Shown here in pieces: positions 38,740 through 52,460 of a stretch of 64,000 bases of DNA. Position 1 is the first letter of the stretch. Each line of letters opens with the position of its first letter. Origin of the DNA: Eledone cirrhosa (Eukaryota). The stretch spans positions 341,186,001 through 341,250,000 of the forward strand of contig OZ024741.1 in NCBI GenBank assembly GCA_964016885.1. The letters run 5' to 3'. Made by a program: the position numbers and the translations under genes. The notes under the pieces are model-generated. The model was not told where the DNA came from. It did no database searches and saw nothing but the letters and a program-made list of their open reading frames with translations.

Positions 38740-39318
38740 AGGCGGTGAATTGGCAGTATTGGTAGAGGGTCGGACGCCATGCTTTGACGCATAGAGTTAC
38801 GGCCCTTGCCATTCTGAGTTCAAATCCCGTGGAGGTTAACTTTGCCTTTCATCCTAACGGGGGTCGATAAAATAAAGTACCAGTAATACACTGGGTTAAT
38901 TGCTGGCCTTGTGCCTATTGTAGAAACAATTATTTTCTGTAAACAGTATCGGTAGAGACTCGGACGCCATGCTTTCCAGTATAGTTATGTCCCTTTATGG
39001 ACTGAGTTCAAATCCTGCCGAGGTTAACTTTGCCTTTCATCCTTTCGGGGTCGATAAAATAAAGTACCAGTAATGTACTGGGTATTTGCTGGCCTTGTGC
39101 CAAAAGTAGAAACAATTATTTTCTGTAAACAGGTGGATTGGCAGTATTAGTAGAGCATCAGACACCATGCTTTGCAGCATTGAGTTATGGCCCTTAACGT
39201 TCTGAGTTCAAATCCCACCAAGGTTAACTTTGCCTTTCATCCTTATGGGGTTGATAAAATAAAGCACTAGTAATACACTGGGGTAATTGCTGGCCTTGTG
39301 CCAAAAGTAGAAACAATT
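38740..39318 (+). mobile_element. Three head-to-tail family-2 SINEs
   Basis: Each copy is bounded by attattttctgtaa. Confidence 0.88.
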
Positions 39319-41825
39319 ATTTTCTGTAAACATGTACCATGTTATCCATCCAAATCTTGATCTCAAACATATATGTCACTATGTTGTGGCAAATATAGTG
39401 ACTGTAACTAGTCTGAATTTAGTAATATAACTAACTAATATTTGGAACATAACTTAACAAAGTTTCATACCTAAAATTACAATGAAAGGTTTTTAGATAA
39501 ATATTAACACTTTGACCTAACATTTCATTAACATTGCTAATAAAAGACCTTGCCCATGATTTTCAACTAATTTTGAAAATAATCAAGAATTTGGATAGAT
39601 TAAAACGTTAGCATTTACATTACTCTATATATACCACTGTATTTTTGTGGTAAAGTCTTTACCTTACATAAATATCTCACATAATCTCGAAGCTATGAGA
39701 TTTTGATATTATTTATTTTGAGAACAATACTTTAATATCAGTATGAGTGGCCAGTTAGAGCCAGTTTGAACAGAAAGAGGATATGGCCGGTTTAAATGCT
39801 AAAGGGTTAAGTAATATAGTTTTCTCGTTATCAAGCTAGTATTTGAAACAACCAAAGGTTCTTAGATAAAAGTATTTTGAAAGGTTTTGAGATAAATATA
39901 AATACATAAAAATAAACAGTTTAGTATCATAGAACCAGGTGTGGTTTAACCCTTTAGTATTGACATTACTCGATATTTACTATTATATTTTCATGGTAAA
40001 GGCTTTACCTCACATAATTATCTCACTTAATATCGGATTTATAAGATTTTGAGAACAATACCTTAACATCAATATCAGTGGCCACTTAAGGATGGTTTGA
40101 ACAGAAAATAGTGAGGAAATTCTGGCAGGATATGACCAGTTTAAATGCTAAAGAGTTAATGTGGTTTGTAATCATAAGAGTTAAAGTATAAACAATTGCA
40201 AATGTCTACAAACTATACATTGACAAATGCTAATAATTCTATTGAACCATTTCCCAAACACACACACCATCTCGTCTCACCCCATCTTAAAAAACTATTT
40301 ATTTCCTCCTTTCAACTTTAAATGGCTTTTAAGGTTCATATATCAACTCTTAAAGTCCTGTACAACATGAAACCACATTAGCTTCTAGGCATTTTGGGAA
40401 AGTACAAGCAGTGCTATAACTCTGCCACACTAGTAACTAGTCTTTACTCTAGCACTGCACATTTTGATATCTCCCTGTCCATTAGTAAAGATACTATAAG
40501 CATTTAATCTTACAAAACTACATGAAACCACATTTAACAAGACATTCTTGAAAAGTACAAAATAGCACTATGACTGTATTACATCAAAAATAAAAGATTT
40601 TACTTTAATACAGCAAGTTTTTACAACAATCTGTCTACTAGTAAAAATACTATAAACATTTTAATTAAGAAACCTGTTTTGGGATATTTTCTGTTAAATC
40701 CTTACATGTTAAGAGATAATACTCTTTTACCTGTTCCAGCCATCCGTCTGAGACCATGCTGGGGCACCGCCCTTGGATACTATACATTTTCACAACAATC
40801 TGTCCATCAGTAAAGTTACTATAAACATTTTAATCAACAAGCCTGTTTTTATATCAAATCATTACAGGATTTTAAGAGTTTATTTACAGTCCTCTCCTTA
40901 GTCTTTTCATTTTCTCTCACCCTCTCCCTTTTTCTCACTTATTCACCTTCTCTATTTGTCGGTCCTCTTGTGAGTATGTATGTTTTTGTGACTTCATCCT
41001 ATGAAGGCATACACATACGTGTGCATATGGATATATATACGCATGGGTGTGCTTGTATATATGTCTGTGTGTCTTCATCTATGTAGAAAATTACTTTTGT
41101 GTATAAATGTATGTACATATGTGTGTATGCATATATGTGTTTGTGTGTGTCCACATATATCTGTGTGTTTTGGGATTTTCATCTGTGTAGACAATAACTT
41201 GTGTGTGTATACATATGTGTACATAAGTGTGCCTATTTGAATGCATATATGTGTGCGTGTCTGTGGATATGCATGCGTATGTGTCTCAGTGCCTATATAT
41301 GTGTGCACATATGTGTCTTCATCAATATAGAATAATTATTTCCTAGCTCTTTTTTTTCCTCTCAGATATATTTTATATCTAATGTTCATGATTGGGTAGT
41401 CATATATTGACATTCTTGCATCATCTAAACCCTTGTGTACTGGGCATAATATTACCTCTGATGTTCTCTAAACACACATTTCACCAGAACACAGCACAGT
41501 ACAGTTATAGCACAGATTTAACATCACACCAACATCCAACATATACGCTTCCTATTGAAATCAATACGACAGCCCTCAGGAGAGAAAGTGAAGGAGGTAA
41601 GGGTGGCGGTGATGTAAAAAAAACAGGATGTAAACATCGTAATGTACTTGATAAACCAGAGATGATATGGTAGATACCACACATACACACGTGCATGAGT
41701 GTGTGTGTGCATATACATACATATATGCATACATACATACATATATAGATACATATATATATACATATATATATACATATATATATATATACATATATAC
41801 ATATATATATATACATATATAATCA

Positions 41826-41879
<54 letters not shown>

Positions 41880-42711
41880 CATCTAAGTTGTCTGTTAATT
41901 CTGAAGAAATTTCTATAAGTTTGATTCCGCAGTAATCTGCTACAGAGAATATCTCACTGACTTTCTGGAAAGAATAGTGGCAACAGTTGAAGAATGGAAT
42001 GGTTGTAAAACAAACCAACACAACTGTCTACTCGATCAAACAATATTATATGTGTGTGTGTGTGTCTATGTGTGTGTGTATGTATGTGTATATGTATGTG
42101 AGTGGGTGTTGGGGGGTTGTATCTGTGTGTGAATATGTATGAATATATATGTGTATATATAAGAGGAACCGCTGTGTATGTGTATGTATATATAAGGAAG
42201 AGATGTATACATATATATATATATATATTCTCATGAAATCTCTTTCTTGTATATATATATATATATATACAAGAAAGAGATTTCATGAGAATTTCTACAT
42301 TCTATTCAAACTAACATGAAAAGAAACAGGGGTTCAGTGAAAAGACCATATTTCCAATAAAAGACACTGCCTATGATATTCAAATAATTTTGAAATAATG
42401 AAGGATTTTGTAAAATAACTTTCTCTCCAAATTGAGAGAGCACAGCTCCGATACTATGTCTCAGGAAAGAATCGCTGGACAGATTTTATGGGCAAAACCA
42501 ACTGGCAAGATATCCAGGGGTAGACCCCGAGCAAGATGGTTGAATAACATCCATGTGCTTAGCAGGTCATGCTTGGGGATCCAGCCGGATCAGTTGGAGA
42601 CGATTACTTTTGATAGAACCTGCTGGAAGGGGTGTTTGATGACTCTGCCCCAATGACCTTCTCAGGAATAAGTGGGAGGCGGAGGCAGGGGAGGAGGAAG
42701 AGGGGGAAGGG

Positions 42712-42782
42712 GGGAGGAGGAGGAGGAGGAGGAGGAGGAGGAGAAGAAGAAGAAGAAGAAGAAGAAGAAGAAGAAGAAGAAG

Positions 42783-42812
<30 letters not shown>
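42712..42812 (+). repeat. (GGA)n(GAA)n microsatellite
   Basis: Seen directly. Confidence 0.95.
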
Positions 42813-42813
<1 letters not shown>

Positions 42814-43197
42814 TTATTCATCAAATGTTTGGAACATAACTTAGATCCTTACATAAAATTATGTTGGCAGGGTTTTAGATGAATATAAACAGCCTTATAT
42901 CATAGAACCAGAGGCAGTTTCAGGCAGTTCCATATTGTTATCAAAAGGGTTAATATCGATGGGAAAATATTTTCAATTTACTAAAGAATAGCTTAGGGTA
43001 TTAAATACCCAGGTACTGGCTCTACTTATATAGTGGTCACTTTCACCAATTATTACAGATAATTGATAAAATACAAAAGGTCAACAGAGATGCAAGCAAA
43101 GTGGTTGGTGATATGGAACTGAGTACTGATATTACCTGTTAACTTGTTGGAGATGAAAGGACAGACTGCTACTTACTTGTTTCCATGCCAACAGATC

Positions 43198-43432
43198 TAC
43201 ATACATAATGGCTGCAACTCAATTTCAAGTAATGCTATGGCTTCATAATTATGCTTGAGCAGCACAGATGTGGCATTTTAGTCCTGCTAGGGATTTGCAC
43301 ACTTTTGCACAGATGTTGCAACAATGGGGGCCCTCTCACAGTAGGTGTTACAGGCCTGATTTGGTGCACTTTCAAATGACATTTCAGTCCACCAACTGAG
43401 GCACACACGTTTCCACACTTCCCACAAACAGA
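43198..43432 (-). mobile_element. RTE-like LINE 3' end with C2H2 finger remnants
   Basis: CGKCGNVCASVGGLKCHLKVH, ending gcagccattatgtatgt. Confidence 0.6.
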
Positions 43433-44804
43433 AATGCTATACAATGTACAATTGACTGTATCCCCATGTATGTGTCTTTTCCGATGACTTCCACACATAC
43501 ATACATACATGGTGGTGGCTGCCAACTTGTTTTTTCGAGTACGGCCACTACATTATATCCATGTAGGAGAACCCCTACCGATGCGCTGAACGAGTGTGAC
43601 TTTTTAGTCCAGCCAGCGACTTGAAAACTCTGGTACAAACACTACAGTTGTGACAATTATTGACACATAGTGCTGGGCCCATGGTACCATGTGACGACAA
43701 GTGCAGAGAGATCTCCAGATATAAAGCAATGCCTGTGCCGTGAAGCTTTTATAGTGAGCAAAGGCACTGCACAAAGCCAGTCCCACTCCCTTAACCAAGA
43801 TGATATTTACCAAAAAGAAGAACAAGTCAACATCATTGGATACCATCAGGGTTGCAGGTGTTATATCAGAGTTTTCCTTCTCCTAGAATTCTGCCTTGAC
43901 AAAGGCTAAGGGGTCATCGCTCCCAGTGATTTTGGATGGCCATTGACTCTTAAGAGCTCCTTTGCCCTTTGACAGGTTTTGTTTTTAGTCCTACAGGATG
44001 TCCAAAGTCACCCTCCTCACCAAGAAACCTTGGAGGTGTTGCATACATACATACATACATACATACATACATACATACATACATACATACATACATACAT
44101 ACATACAATCATCATCATCATCATCATCATCATCTTCTTCTTCTAACATCCATTTGATGTGGTTTCTCAAGTTGATAGCAACTTTCACACACATGTTGGG
44201 CTGCTTACTTGTGAAACCAACATACCAATGTCCAAGCATTCCACAAACACATGTACACTTAACATATTTCCTAGTGAGATTCAGTGTTTGACAAGACTGG
44301 CCCATTGTATTACAGGTACAACTAATTTTTGTCAACTGAGTAATCTGGAGCAAAATGAAATAAAGTGTCTTGCTCAAGAACACAATGTACCACCAGAAAT
44401 CAAACTCATGCCATTATGATCATGAGCTGAATATCCTAACCACAAATAGCCCCCCCCACACACACACACACGCACCTTCACATACACATGCACCTTCACA
44501 TACACATAAACACAAACACACTCATCTTCCAACACATACATACAATTCATTCACTCACTCATACACACACACACACACTAACCCTCCAACACTCACACAT
44601 ACACACACAGAGTCACTATCCTTCAAACTTCCCCACACACACATACACACTCACACACACACAGCCACTATCGTTCCAACACTCACACACACATACACAG
44701 TCACTAACCCTCAAACACACATACACAGTCACTAACCCCCAAACACACACACATACAGTCACTAACCCCCAAACACACACACACACACAGTCACTAACCC
44801 TCCA

Positions 44805-44835
<31 letters not shown>

Positions 44836-45387
44836 CACTAACCCTAAAGCACTCACACACACACACACACAGTCACTAACCCTCCAACACTCACACACAC
44901 ACACATGCACAGAGTCACTAACCTTCCAACACTCACACACACGCACATACACACTCACTACCCCCCCCCCCCCCCCTCCATACACACTACATGACAAAAT
45001 AATTATACATTTTAAAATATCCTTTTTTATAGTCTTCCGCAATTTCTTCCAAATATATTATTTAACCATTTATTCCAAGACAAAGAAATCAAGCATAAGA
45101 ATATCTTCCACAAGATACTAAGACCAATTACAACAGTACTGGTAAGAACTATAAATAAATAGTGCTGTGTCTAATTAGCAATCAAAGAGCAATGAAGTCA
45201 TTTTCATTAATTAATCTATCATTTTGCTAATTAAACATTATGTTTAGATCTCTCCCCGCTCTTCCCAGCATGTTGGTAATTAAATGTATTTTAATTACTT
45301 TAGAAGTTCTATAATTAGCTGGAAAATTGCTCCACCTTTTTCTGACAAATAAAAAAAGCCAAACAACATCAACAATGAAGCAAATTT

Positions 45388-45425
45388 AACAACAACAACA
45401 ACAACAACAAGAACAACAACAACAA

Positions 45426-45509
<84 letters not shown>

Positions 45510-45535
45510 CAACAACAACAACAACAATAATGATA
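45388..45535 (+). repeat. (CAA)/(CAG) trinucleotide tract
   Basis: Seen directly. Confidence 0.95.
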
Positions 45536-45537
45536 AT

Positions 45538-45697
45538 TCTTTCTACTTTTTGGCATAAGGCCAGCAATTACCCAGTGCATTACTGGTACTTTATTTTATC
45601 GACCCCGTAAGGATGAAAGGCAAAGTTAACCTCGGCGGGATTTGAACTCAGAATGGCAAGGGCCGTAACTCTATGCGTCAAAGCATGGCGTCCGACC
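45538..45697 (-). mobile_element. Family-2 SINE, 5'-truncated
   Basis: Near identical to 51856-52042. Confidence 0.85.
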
Positions 45698-45961
45698 AAT
45701 AATGATGATGATGATGATTTTTAATTTAGATGCACAAGACCAACAATTTTAAGAAAAGAGGAAAGTTGATAAAATCAACCTCAGTAATTGCTTGGTACTT
45801 TAGTTAATTGACCCTAGAAAGATGCACAGCAAAGTTGATCTCAGTGAAATTTGAACTCAGAACATAATGGGCTGGTAGAAATACCTTCAGACATATTGAG
45901 CAACACTCTAATGATTAAAAATATTAACAGCAACAATAATGATGATAGTTAATAAATAATG

Positions 45962-46006
<45 letters not shown>

Positions 46007-46189
46007 ATAATGTTTTCTTTATTAACCACAAGGGTTCACATAAAGTAGACATTAAGGACAGTACAGGACAATACATTTGTGGAGAAAGCCCATTAAAAGA
46101 CCACAGTGGCCCTGACCACCAGGGCAAGTGCCCTCTCCCAGTTTTCCACCTTTAATTTACAGACACATACTCAGAGAAGGCCCATTCAT

Positions 46190-49100
46190 TCAGGCCATAC
46201 TTGCTTCTCTCACCCATCTTTCAACAAAATGCTGGGAAGAGAGCACTTCCCTCTCTACCCTGATTTTCCTTTTCAAATGAAATTTGAAAAAGTTAATCAG
46301 GGCATCACCGAAGAGGTAAGTGCTCGTCTTCAGTCCTTTCAAACGTGTCCACCATACTATCTCTTTTGCCATGGCCACCAGACAGATAAAAACTGCCTGC
46401 CCTTCCCGGCTAAAGGAAGAGGGCGGAGCAATCCTCACGATGGACTCAGCTGATAGCTGGATCCGTCCTACACGTGACAGCAGGTGTTCGACATAAACCC
46501 ACAAGTCAGCAATGCTGACACTGGACGAGTGCGTGCAGGACGGTTTCGTCGCCCTGTGCGCATCTCGGACATGCCCGGCTGACGGCACCTCCATGCCTGT
46601 AGAGTTTATCCCGAACTGGCAAAGCTCACCGGTAGCACTGCCAGGCCAGGGATTTCTGGAAGTTGTCCATAGGCCCCGGCCCGAAAGTCCTTCCGAAGAG
46701 ATTGGCTAGTTGATTTTCGTCGACGCCTAGAGTTTCTCCAAGTACGTCGTCGCTCTTCCCCTCCACTAATCCCCTATAGAACGCCAAGGTGGAGTTTCCA
46801 CCGATCACATTGCCCGATTGGTCGAGGGCTGTGAGCGCCTGAAGACATTCCAGTCTCCAAGCGCTCCCTCTCGGTCTTCGCTTGACCCAGGACTGCAGCT
46901 CCGTCAAGGAGACGAGCTGGGGAAAAACGTGTCTAGCAAACGGCGACCACACCTGATCACCGTCGAGGAAGAGGTGGAGATGTCGTAGCCTGAGCGCGTG
47001 TCTGCGCATCATCAGCCACGGCATGCCCAGCCCTCCACGTAGCGGGTGTTGACAGCAGATGGACCGCCTGACCATCGGAGCGCGTCCCTTCCACAAAAAG
47101 CGAAAGAGAAAACGCTCCAGCGCAGTCAGGCGGGGCTTAGAACAAGGTACGACGGTCAGGCGGTAGTAGATGACGGACGCGATGTACGCGTTAGCCACCT
47201 CCGCTCGACCTTTCAGGGATAGCTTCCTCTCGGCCCATTTCTGGGTGAGAGAAGCCATCCTGCTCGTCACCTCTTCCCAGTTTTTGTCCGTCTGGAGGTC
47301 TGGACCGAACCAGACCCCTAGCAATTTAACCGGTCCGTCCAGCGCCCGACGACGCTGTTGGACGGCATGGACCTGCCTCTCCAGGTGCCGAGCTGCAGGC
47401 CCACTGACTTTTCCTGGTTGATCATTGCTCCTGTCACCGCTTCGTATTCTCTTAGTGTAGTGCCGATCGCCTCGATGTGTTTGGCGTTCGACACCACTAC
47501 GGTGACATCGTCCGCATATGCTGACACGGATCTTCTGCATCCTAGTTCGCGCGGGACCCCCCTCAACGTCTCCAGTTTGTGCAGTAATGGCTCGAGAGTC
47601 CATACATACAATAGGGACGAGAGGGGACATCCTTGGCGGACCGAGCGCATGATGTTGAACGGTTCCGAAAGGTGACCGTTCACTCTCACTACAGAGCAGA
47701 TGTCGCTGTGCATGGCAGCGATCCAGCCTCTGAAGACGGGCCCAAAGCCAGCCGCCCTCAGGACTGCCGTTAGGTAACGATGGTCGACCCTATCGAAGGC
47801 TTTCGACTGATCTAAATTGATCAAAGACCCACCCGTGCCAGGTTCCCTAGCTACCCTCTCTACGATGTATCGCATGAGGTGGAGGTTGTCGTGGATGGAT
47901 CTGTCGGGAATGGCGCATGTCTGTGCCTCTCCCACCAGACCACCAACGACAAGCGCCAACCTCTTTGCTAGCACCTTGGCCAAAATCTTGAACTCTGTGT
48001 TTAGCAGAGTTATGGGCCTAAAATTATCTATGTTATCCCCCTTGTTCGGATCCTTTCTCAGCAGCGCCACCGCTCCTCGGCTCACAGAGCTGGGAATTCT
48101 CCCGTTCTGTTGCCAGTTGCAGTAGACGTCCGCCAAGAGGCCTCCGAACAAGTCTGGCATTTGTACGTAAAGTTCATAGGGCAGACCATCCAAACCAGGC
48201 GATTTACCCCTTGTGCAACTAGTCATTGCATCCCGTACTTCAGCGGTTGCTATCGGCTTTTCGCAACACTCCGCCTCAGTGGCCGAAAGCCGCGGCAGTC
48301 CGTCGAGGTAGACACTAAAGTCCATCCCTCGATCCGGCCCGCCACTGCCCCCGAACAGTTGAGCGAAGTGTCGCTGAAAAGCTTCACACATTTGCCCGGG
48401 ATCGAGTAGCATGCGCCCGTCGTGGTCCACTAAAGACCGGATCGTGGCTTTGTTGCCACGACGCGCCTCCGCCACTCGGGCCCATTGAACGGCTTTCGTC
48501 CCCTCGTGTCTGAGAGCACGCACCCTAGCTCTGACAACGCAGCCTTTGTGCTTTGCATTGAAGAATTGGTCAAGGGCCAATTTCGCCGCAAGTACGTCGG
48601 TCGCGATGCCTTTGCTAAGCGCCTCGTCTAATTTTCTAACTAATTCTCCCTCTGCTCTATTTTTCTCTATTGCTAAAGTCTTACTAAACCTAATGGACTC
48701 TATTCTAATTGCTCTTTTCAGAGCAAACCACCGCTTGTTGTTGACGATGGCCCCCGTCAACGCCCGCTTAACTAGTTCGCTAATCCGGTCTCTGTAGGCC
48801 TTGCGCGCTGGTAAGGACGCGTTTAGCTTCCAGTAGCCGGGTCCTCATCTATGAAGCCTATCTAAGTCAAGCACACAGATCACGAATTTGTGGTCCGTGT
48901 AGCTGACTATCTTTAATTGTGGACAGCCTATGCTAGACCTATCTATTTCCCTACAAAATACTCTATCTAGATATGATCTGGATGACCCTATGCGATTTGT
49001 CCAAGTCCACATTGGTACATTCGGGAAATCCATTCGGTACCTGTCAGACAGTTCAAAACGTCTGAGCAGGTTGGTGAGACTCTTGCACCCTCCTTCCCTA

Positions 49101-49570
49101 TCCACTAATCCCACACAATCCCAGCATGCATCTAAGATCCCGTTCCAGTCGCCCACTAACACTAAAGAGCGGGACGTTCCAAGAAAGGTCTCCAGACGCC
49201 GGAAGAAATCAGGCCGCCCTGCTCCTGTCGGGGCATAGACGGCCACTAACCTGAAAGCTTGCCCGTCTCCGCTGGTCACGTCCAGCACCACCAACTTACC
49301 TTCTGGGTCCAGGAAGATGGCCCGTATGGCAAGATCCAAACCTCTCCGAAAAAGCACAGCAACTCCTCCCCCCGATCCCGGACGGCTGGGAGATGCGTAC
49401 ACATCGTAGCCGCCGAAGATCGGTGCGAAGGCTCGTGCTTCGGAGATTCTGGTCTCGCTGATGGCCACTACATCTATGTTTAGTGACCTGAGGTCGTTGA
49501 GCAGGTGGCCCTGCTTCCATGACGACCCCAAGCCACACGCATTTATGCTGCCTATTCTGAGTGAGGTCAT
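46190..49570 (-). pseudogene. LINE ORF2 (APE endonuclease, RT, C-terminal Zn finger) with ~3 lesions
   Basis: SINACGL, ISET, VYAP, GDWN, SYLDR, TDH; KSPGLDGLP.E.Y, NFRPITLLN, LDQSKAFDRV, VRQGCPLS, AYADD; breaks near 48845, 47330 and 46626. Confidence 0.93.
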
Positions 49571-49604
49571 GTTGAAAAGGAGTGGAAAAGATGGGAAAGA
49601 CCAC

Positions 49605-51583
49605 TTACCTTACTTCTCGTAGGGGAAGGACGGTTTTTCCATCCTTTTCACTGCTTGTGGCCTCCTCAGGAAGGATGTCCTTATAAATCCTCCTGGAGAG
49701 TGCTTGTCGGAAGTCTCCGATGTCTTTGGGGAATTTTTGTTTTAGTGTCATGTACGTTTTCTGTGTGATGCGAGTGATTTGTATGTGTGGAGGTGGTGTG
49801 AATTTTTGGGTTGTTGTGTAGTCTTTTTCTGTGATGCTGATGTTGTGTTGGATGTAGTGTAATAATTGCTTGTTGTTCAAATTTAATGCTGTGTAGTGTG
49901 TATCGTTTTGGTTGTTTTGTTTTGTTTGCGTTTGTTGTGGGTTTGTTTCTGTTTCGCATTTTGGTGACTTTTGTGGTGTAGGTGATGGTGGTGTTGGGGT
50001 TAATGATGGTGATGGTGTTGGTGTTTAGGTTGATGGGGTTGGTGATGCTGGTGTGGATTGTGGCATATCTGTCCTAACTTTTTTGTTTCTTAATTTATTT
50101 GTTTCCCTCTGTATTTTGTTTTTGGAGGGGGAAGGAAGAGAATTTTTTTCTTTTTTGGTTTCTTTTTTTTTTCCGATACCGTTTCCCACTCCTCGTTGTC
50201 ACAATCTGTCTCCAGTTGTGATAGGCCGGGGAGTGGAAAATCCTTCACAGGCGTTAGTTTTGGTTGTGGCGTGGTGGATGGTGTAGGCGCTGGTGCTATT
50301 TCTGAAGCGTAGGGTGATGGTGGTGTTGGTTTTGCTGGTGGTGGAGGTGTTGGCTTTGCTACTGTTGCTGGGGTTGTTGCTGTTATAGTTGCTTCTGTTG
50401 TTGCTGCTACAGTTGTTGCTGCCATCTCTGCTACTGGTGGTGTTGATGGTTGTGTCACTGGGGTGGGTAGGAGAGGTGGCCTCAACCTTTTAGCCTGAGG
50501 GCAGAAAGCCCTTAGGTGGGTTCCTTCACCACAAACGACACACCTAGGCCTTCTGCCCTCGACAATTACGGTGAGGTGGCTGCCGTCAGTGAGGTATATT
50601 ACCTCTGGGATCTCCTCAATGCTTTTTTGGTCCGCTTGGATCAGGAGCTCCATCCCAGATCCGGACCAGTTCTCCTGCTTTTCTTTTGTTATTGCTATTA
50701 TTTTTGTGTTGGCTTCGATGCCGGCGAGGACGGCCGCTATTAGCCAGGGAATTTCGATGGCCGGTGGAACGTGGGTCACCCTGATCTTTACGAGTCTCTG
50801 GCCACAATAGCTTGAGACGAGTGTGAAGTCGTCACTTCTTAATGGGGCCGTGGAGTGTTCTCTAGCCTCCTCTGGTGTTTCAAAGAACACGTCCACGGTT
50901 CCATACTTCTGCCCACGTCTGATGTGGGTTTTTCTTGCCCACACATGTCCCAAAGCTTTTTGGATTTGGGACTCGGATGCCCGTTCCACTCGGCGCGATT
51001 TTACATTTATTGTTCGATACGACACAGTGCATAGGCGCCGATGCTCCATTTTATTAGGTGTGTGGGGGGGGGGGGCTGACCCTGTACCCATCTTTCTTTA
51101 CCATTTGTTTGGCATTTTCTAAATCCTCCTGAGTTACCGTAAATGCTTCGAACTGTTTTGCTACTCTGGCAAAACTGAGGGTGGTTTTTTAATGTCATTG
51201 TTGTTGTTGTTGCTATCGTTATTTTTGTTATTATTAATTTTAGTTTCAGTTGTGGTGGTGGTGACGTCAGTCGTCTTTGGTGGGGAAGAGTCCATTTTGC
51301 TTGATTTCATTTCGACATCACGAGTTAATTTATTTTTTTCTTCTTTTGTTTCTGTTGTCGCGGTGGTGGTGGGGGTGGTGGTTGTCGCAGTGGTGGTGGT
51401 GGTGGAGGCTTTAACACCTGCAGTCATTGGTAATGGCGGGAAATGAATGTCTGCCTGAGACAAATTTAAAATATTGCTACTGCTTATATTTTTTTTAGTG
51501 TTGGCAAACGTAGTAACATTTACAATGGTGGTGTCGGTGTGAGGAAGGCTTTCAGCTGCTTGGTGCAGAGGTGAATTAGCCAT
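49605..51583 (-). pseudogene. LINE ORF1 (gag-like, CCHC knuckle, Pro/Thr-rich), split across frames
   Basis: V.VEGRRPRCVVCGEGTHLRAFCP knuckle. Fragments 51161-51583, 50090-51091 and 49605-49959. Confidence 0.75.
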
Positions 51584-51855
51584 TTTTTTTTCAAAGAAAT
51601 TTTTTGTTAATCATAAAAGTTTAAATTTTGGGCACAAGGCCCCAATCTTTTTGGGTGTCCTTTTCGGAAAACAATGTATGTGCGCTTATATATAGTTAAC
51701 AATAAAAATTTTCCATAAATGCCAATTTTTAACAAACGGAAATAACAAACCTTTGCGGAGCTCACGATGATACGATTTACTACGTAGGTCGCCAATAATA
51801 ATAATAATAATTGTTTCTACTTTCTTTTTTTTTTTTAATAATAATAATAATATAA

Positions 51856-52042
51856 TTGTTTCTACTTTTGGCACAAGGCCAGCAATTATCCAGTGCATTA
51901 CTGGTACTTTATTTTATCGACCCCGTAAGGATAAAAGGCAAAGTTAATCTCGGCGGGATTTGAACTCAGAATGGCAAGGGCCGTAACTCTATGCGTCAAA
52001 GCATGGCGTCCAACCCTCTACCGATACTGCCAATCCACCGCC
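51856..52042 (-). mobile_element. Family-2 SINE, full length, in (AAT)n
   Basis: Minus-strand head ggcggtggattggcagtatcggtagag and B-box gagttcaaatccc. Confidence 0.88.
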
Positions 52043-52043
52043 C

Positions 52044-52078
<35 letters not shown>

Positions 52079-52096
52079 TAATAATAGTAATAATAT

Positions 52097-52432
52097 GGCA
52101 CATATATTGAGAAGAACACTTTCACTATGAGAAAGAAAATCATCTATGTAATTTTCTTTTTACATAACTTTAATTATATTCCATAATTATGTAAGTTGTA
52201 AATAATTGAGCTCTTTTATATGATTGATTTTCATTCTGTTGTAAATATGATTTTAAACAGGTAATGTGCACATGTATAAAGCAAATGCTATACATGTAAC
52301 TGTGTAAAGTACATGATGTGAACAATTTGGTGTGTTTATTTTTGTGGCTTATCAATATATGCAGTGAGTTTCTCTGCTTAAGGTGTCAGGAAGATGCTTG
52401 GTAAGAAATGGAAACAAAACTAAAAGAAGAGG
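52097..52432 (+). mobile_element. Dong-like element, extreme 3' fragment
   Basis: AHILRRTLSL* followed by a 3' UTR motif (ggtgtcaggaagatgcttgg) resembling the next two copies. Confidence 0.7.
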
Positions 52433-52460
52433 AACAACAACAGCATAATAATAATAATAA

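Larger units (their letters stand above)
46011..51793 (-). mobile_element. Near full-length Tx1/L1-clade LINE inserted in (AAT)n
   Basis: 5' end GGCGACCTACG, a gag-like ORF1 region, ORF2 with APE-RT-Zn finger, a 3' AATAAA, and (AAT)n on both flanks. Confidence 0.93.

Noticed and set aside
42567-42844. Poly-Glu or poly-Leu ORFs
   Set aside because: (GGA)(GAA) microsatellite at a LINE fragment tail.
45295-45580. Poly-Cys, poly-Ala or poly-Gln ORFs
   Set aside because: Simple CAG/CAA repeat next to a SINE end.
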